This document shows positions 47,001 through 48,895 of a stretch of 48,895 nucleotides of DNA, piece after piece. The stretch comes from a candidate division WOR-3 bacterium (GTDB lineage: Bacteria; Hydrothermota; Tepidihabitantia; SM23-42; JAOAFX01). The notes beneath the pieces are model-generated. The model did not search any database. It was not told the DNA's origin and saw only the letters and a list, made by a program, of their open reading frames with translations. The stretch is taken from positions 1-48,895 of the forward strand of contig JBBILZ010000010.1 in NCBI GenBank assembly GCA_037444665.1. The letters run 5' to 3'. Each line of letters begins with the position of its first letter. The stretch's first letter is position 1. The translations under genes and the position numbers were made by a program.

Positions 47001-48249
47001 TTTTTATTGCAGTGTTTTTATTTTCAAAAAGAATAAAACCGATTGCTGATGCTACAGCAAGTCCGCTTACAAACACCCAGATGGCAGGGTTCCTTCCGGG
47101 AAAGGCATCAAGAAGAATACCACCGAGCAAATGTCCAAATGCCCAGCCAAATGTCTGGGCAAGATTGTAAAATGCCATATACCTGCCCCGGTTTTCAGGT
47201 CGGGCAAGTTTTGATGCATAGGTCTGGCTTGATGGTGTTATCACCATTTCGGCAATAGTGATGATAACCATACTGAAAATTAGCAATGCAAAATTACTGG
47301 CAAATCCTATGGAAAGGTAGCCGACCCCGTATATCAAAGCTCCAATCCACAATGCTTCAAGTTCTTTTTTATCAGGGATAAAGTGCGTTATAAAATACTG
47401 GAATAGGGCAACCATAAAGCCGTTAATTGAAAAGAGCAGCCCGAGCTGGCTCTTTGTGATGCCAACCCGATTTACAGTGTAAACAGAAATGGGTGATACA
47501 AGATGGCCCCAGACAATAAAGACCAGGAATGAGATGAGTGTGAAGGTAAGAAATTGCTGGTCATAAAGAATAGTAAACATATCTTTGAAGTTTGCTTTAA
47601 AGCCCAGGTTCTTTTGATTTTTCAATATGGTAGATTCGGTCGTTTTTCTAACTTTATAATTCAGAGATTCACCGCAGAATTTTATTAAAACTATTGTAGC
47701 AATTAGCATACAGAATGCAGTAACAAAAAAGAGATACGCATAATCTATGGTTGCAAGCAGACCACCGATTGCTGGTCCGAGTGCCCAGCCCAGGTTACCA
47801 CCCATGCGCAGAATACCATAGGCTGAGATCCGCTCTTTTTCATTAGTTAAATCTGCAACATACGCCTGGGATGCAGGTATGTAGAATGAAAAGAGTATGG
47901 AATTGAGTATGAGAAAAACGAAGATAGCATAGATATTCTCCCACTTAGAAATGATAATGCCAATTATTATGAATAGGAAAAATCTGCCTGCAAGGGACCT
48001 AGTCATTACAAATTTTCTACCCAGTCTATCGCTGATTTCTCCACCGTATATACCCACACTCGCACCGATGACCTGGGCAATCATCAACAATGTGCCAACA
48101 CTGGTCATAGATAGTTTAAGCACATTATTTAGATAAAGACTCATATAGGGCATAGTGATGGAGAAGCCAATAGCACTTATAACACTTGTTGCGAATAATG
48201 CCCAGAGATTTTTGGAGAGTCCCCGGGGCAGAATTGATTTCTTACCCAT
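46990..48249 (-). CDS. MFS transporter
   Basis: Motif A GEISDRLGRK; NLGWALGPAIGG; about 12 TM segments. Confidence 0.92.
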   Translation of the reverse strand: MGKKSILPRGLSKNLWALFATSVISAIGFSITMPYMSLYLNNVLKLSMTSVGTLLMIAQVIGASVGIYGGEISDRLGRKFVMTRSLAGRFFLFIIIGIIISKWENIYAIFVFLILNSILFSFYIPASQAYVADLTNEKERISAYGILRMGGNLGWALGPAIGGLLATIDYAYLFFVTAFCMLIATIVLIKFCGESLNYKVRKTTESTILKNQKNLGFKANFKDMFTILYDQQFLTFTLISFLVFIVWGHLVSPISVYTVNRVGITKSQLGLLFSINGFMVALFQYFITHFIPDKKELEALWIGALIYGVGYLSIGFASNFALLIFSMVIITIAEMVITPSSQTYASKLARPENRGRYMAFYNLAQTFGWAFGHLLGGILLDAFPGRNPAIWVFVSGLAVASAIGFILFENKNTAIKNVQ

Positions 48250-48336
48250 CCAGGATGCCTATTCTACTTTTGTAATAGTTTAGTTTTTCCCAAAACTCTA
48301 ACTTTATTGGTCCTCATGGCAAAATTCATATGATGA

Positions 48337-48364
48337 ATGATATTCAAAATTTGCTGTTTGTCAA
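48337..48364 (-). promoter_or_regulatory. sigma70-like promoter of the MFS-kinase operon
   Basis: TTGACA-N16-TATCAT. Confidence 0.55.
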
Positions 48365-48404
48365 TCCCAAAAATCAATTTCTAAAACACATTTCAAGATA
48401 TTCA

Positions 48405-48554
48405 TGGGGGATCATCAGGGTTTACCCTGAAACCCAATAAGGGGTCTGGGGAAATCCCCAGTGGTGCCCCCTGAAAACCCCAAAATAACAAATACCTAAA
48501 TACCAAAACACCTAAATGCCTAAATTTTAGGCATTTTGGACTTTTGGGTATTTT
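48405..48554. repeat. REP-like palindromes followed by 9-bp repeats in both orientations
   Basis: TCAGGG-ttta-CCCTGA (48415-48430), CTGGGG-aaat-CCCCAG (48446-48461); AAATACCTA/AATACCAAA/AATGCCTAA followed by the inverted TTTTAGGCA/TTTTGGAC/TTTTGGGTA. Confidence 0.65.
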
Positions 48555-48623
48555 CTTCTTCATTACATCCTTTCCTGAATATCTTGTCGCCGTTTATTTT
48601 TTAAAAAATAATAGAAGATTTCA

Positions 48624-48797
48624 TTATTCTCGTAATTGCCGAGCAATCTTTTTAATACCCACCCCCTTACTTTTAAGAGTCCTAATTGTGAACCATTCAT
48701 TCATTTTGACCATACCTTTTTCCTATGTTGAGATTATTGTCCCTCAACATAGGATTATATTTATTTTCAGGGGGGGCAAATTTTGTAAAAATCTACA
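48624..48797 (-). mobile_element. Remnant of the left end of an IS21-family element (istA 5' fragment)
   Basis: 48713-48624 encodes MVKMNEWFTIRTLKSKGVGIKKIARQLRE*, resembling the IstA N-terminal HTH; a perfect 12-bp hairpin (48721-48754) covers the RBS; candidate TGT terminus at 48797. Confidence 0.55.
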
Positions 48798-48814
48798 TTA
48801 GCACAATGTTCTGC

Positions 48815-48895
48815 TCATTGCAGGGGCTGAACCAAAACATCATCATAATCTACCACCATCTCTTCATGTTCCACAACACCGATACCAATTCCACC
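48815..48895 (-). CDS. C-terminal fragment of a gene entering from beyond the window (ConA-like/DUF1080-like terminal strands)
   Basis: Open frame GGIGIGVVEHEEMVVDYDDVLVQPLQ* ending in TGA at 48815-48817. Confidence 0.55.
   Translation of the reverse strand, partial: GGIGIGVVEHEEMVVDYDDVLVQPLQ

Noticed and set aside
48544..48801. 85-aa ORF on the + strand
   Set aside because: No RBS or motif; it is antisense to the IS21-like fragment and begins inside repeats.

Overview
AT-rich window from an anaerobic diderm bacterium. Gene content and protein style suggest an FCB-related lineage such as candidate phylum WOR-3; this is an inference, as the window has no marker gene. Housekeeping genes include pepA, dxs, ispA, accA, nfo, topA, plsC-ispH, larE and sppA. 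These are interleaved with type IX secretion (T9SS)-like genes: a SprA/Sov translocon homolog, two PorV/PorQ/PorP-like barrels and three proteins with T9SS-like C-terminal sorting domains. There is also a five-gene redox operon (NuoE/NuoF/degenerate NuoG-Fdh-like + NfnA/NfnB), a hicBA toxin-antitoxin pair, a transglutaminase-like/ABC exporter trio, a minimal GH84 enzyme and a short IS21-like remnant. The most interesting observations are: (1) four exported or outer-membrane proteins start with a 10-residue hydrophobic leader with no Lys/Arg, followed by Gln at position 11, and a glutaminyl-cyclase-like M28 gene is coupled to sprA; (2) a three-gene operon (non-catalytic OB-fold/LTD surface protein, small barrel, ComEA-HhH/barrel fusion) looks like a surface DNA-capture system; (3) a HydABC-like module with no catalytic centre is co-transcribed with NfnAB; (4) fourteen sigma70-like promoters all have a 16-bp spacer, and three appear leaderless; (5) mosaics of 7-10 bp repeats and REP-like palindromes fill the intergenic gaps and sit in frame inside one sorting domain. 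No rRNA, tRNA or CRISPR array was seen. All calls come from reading motifs by eye; no database searches were run.
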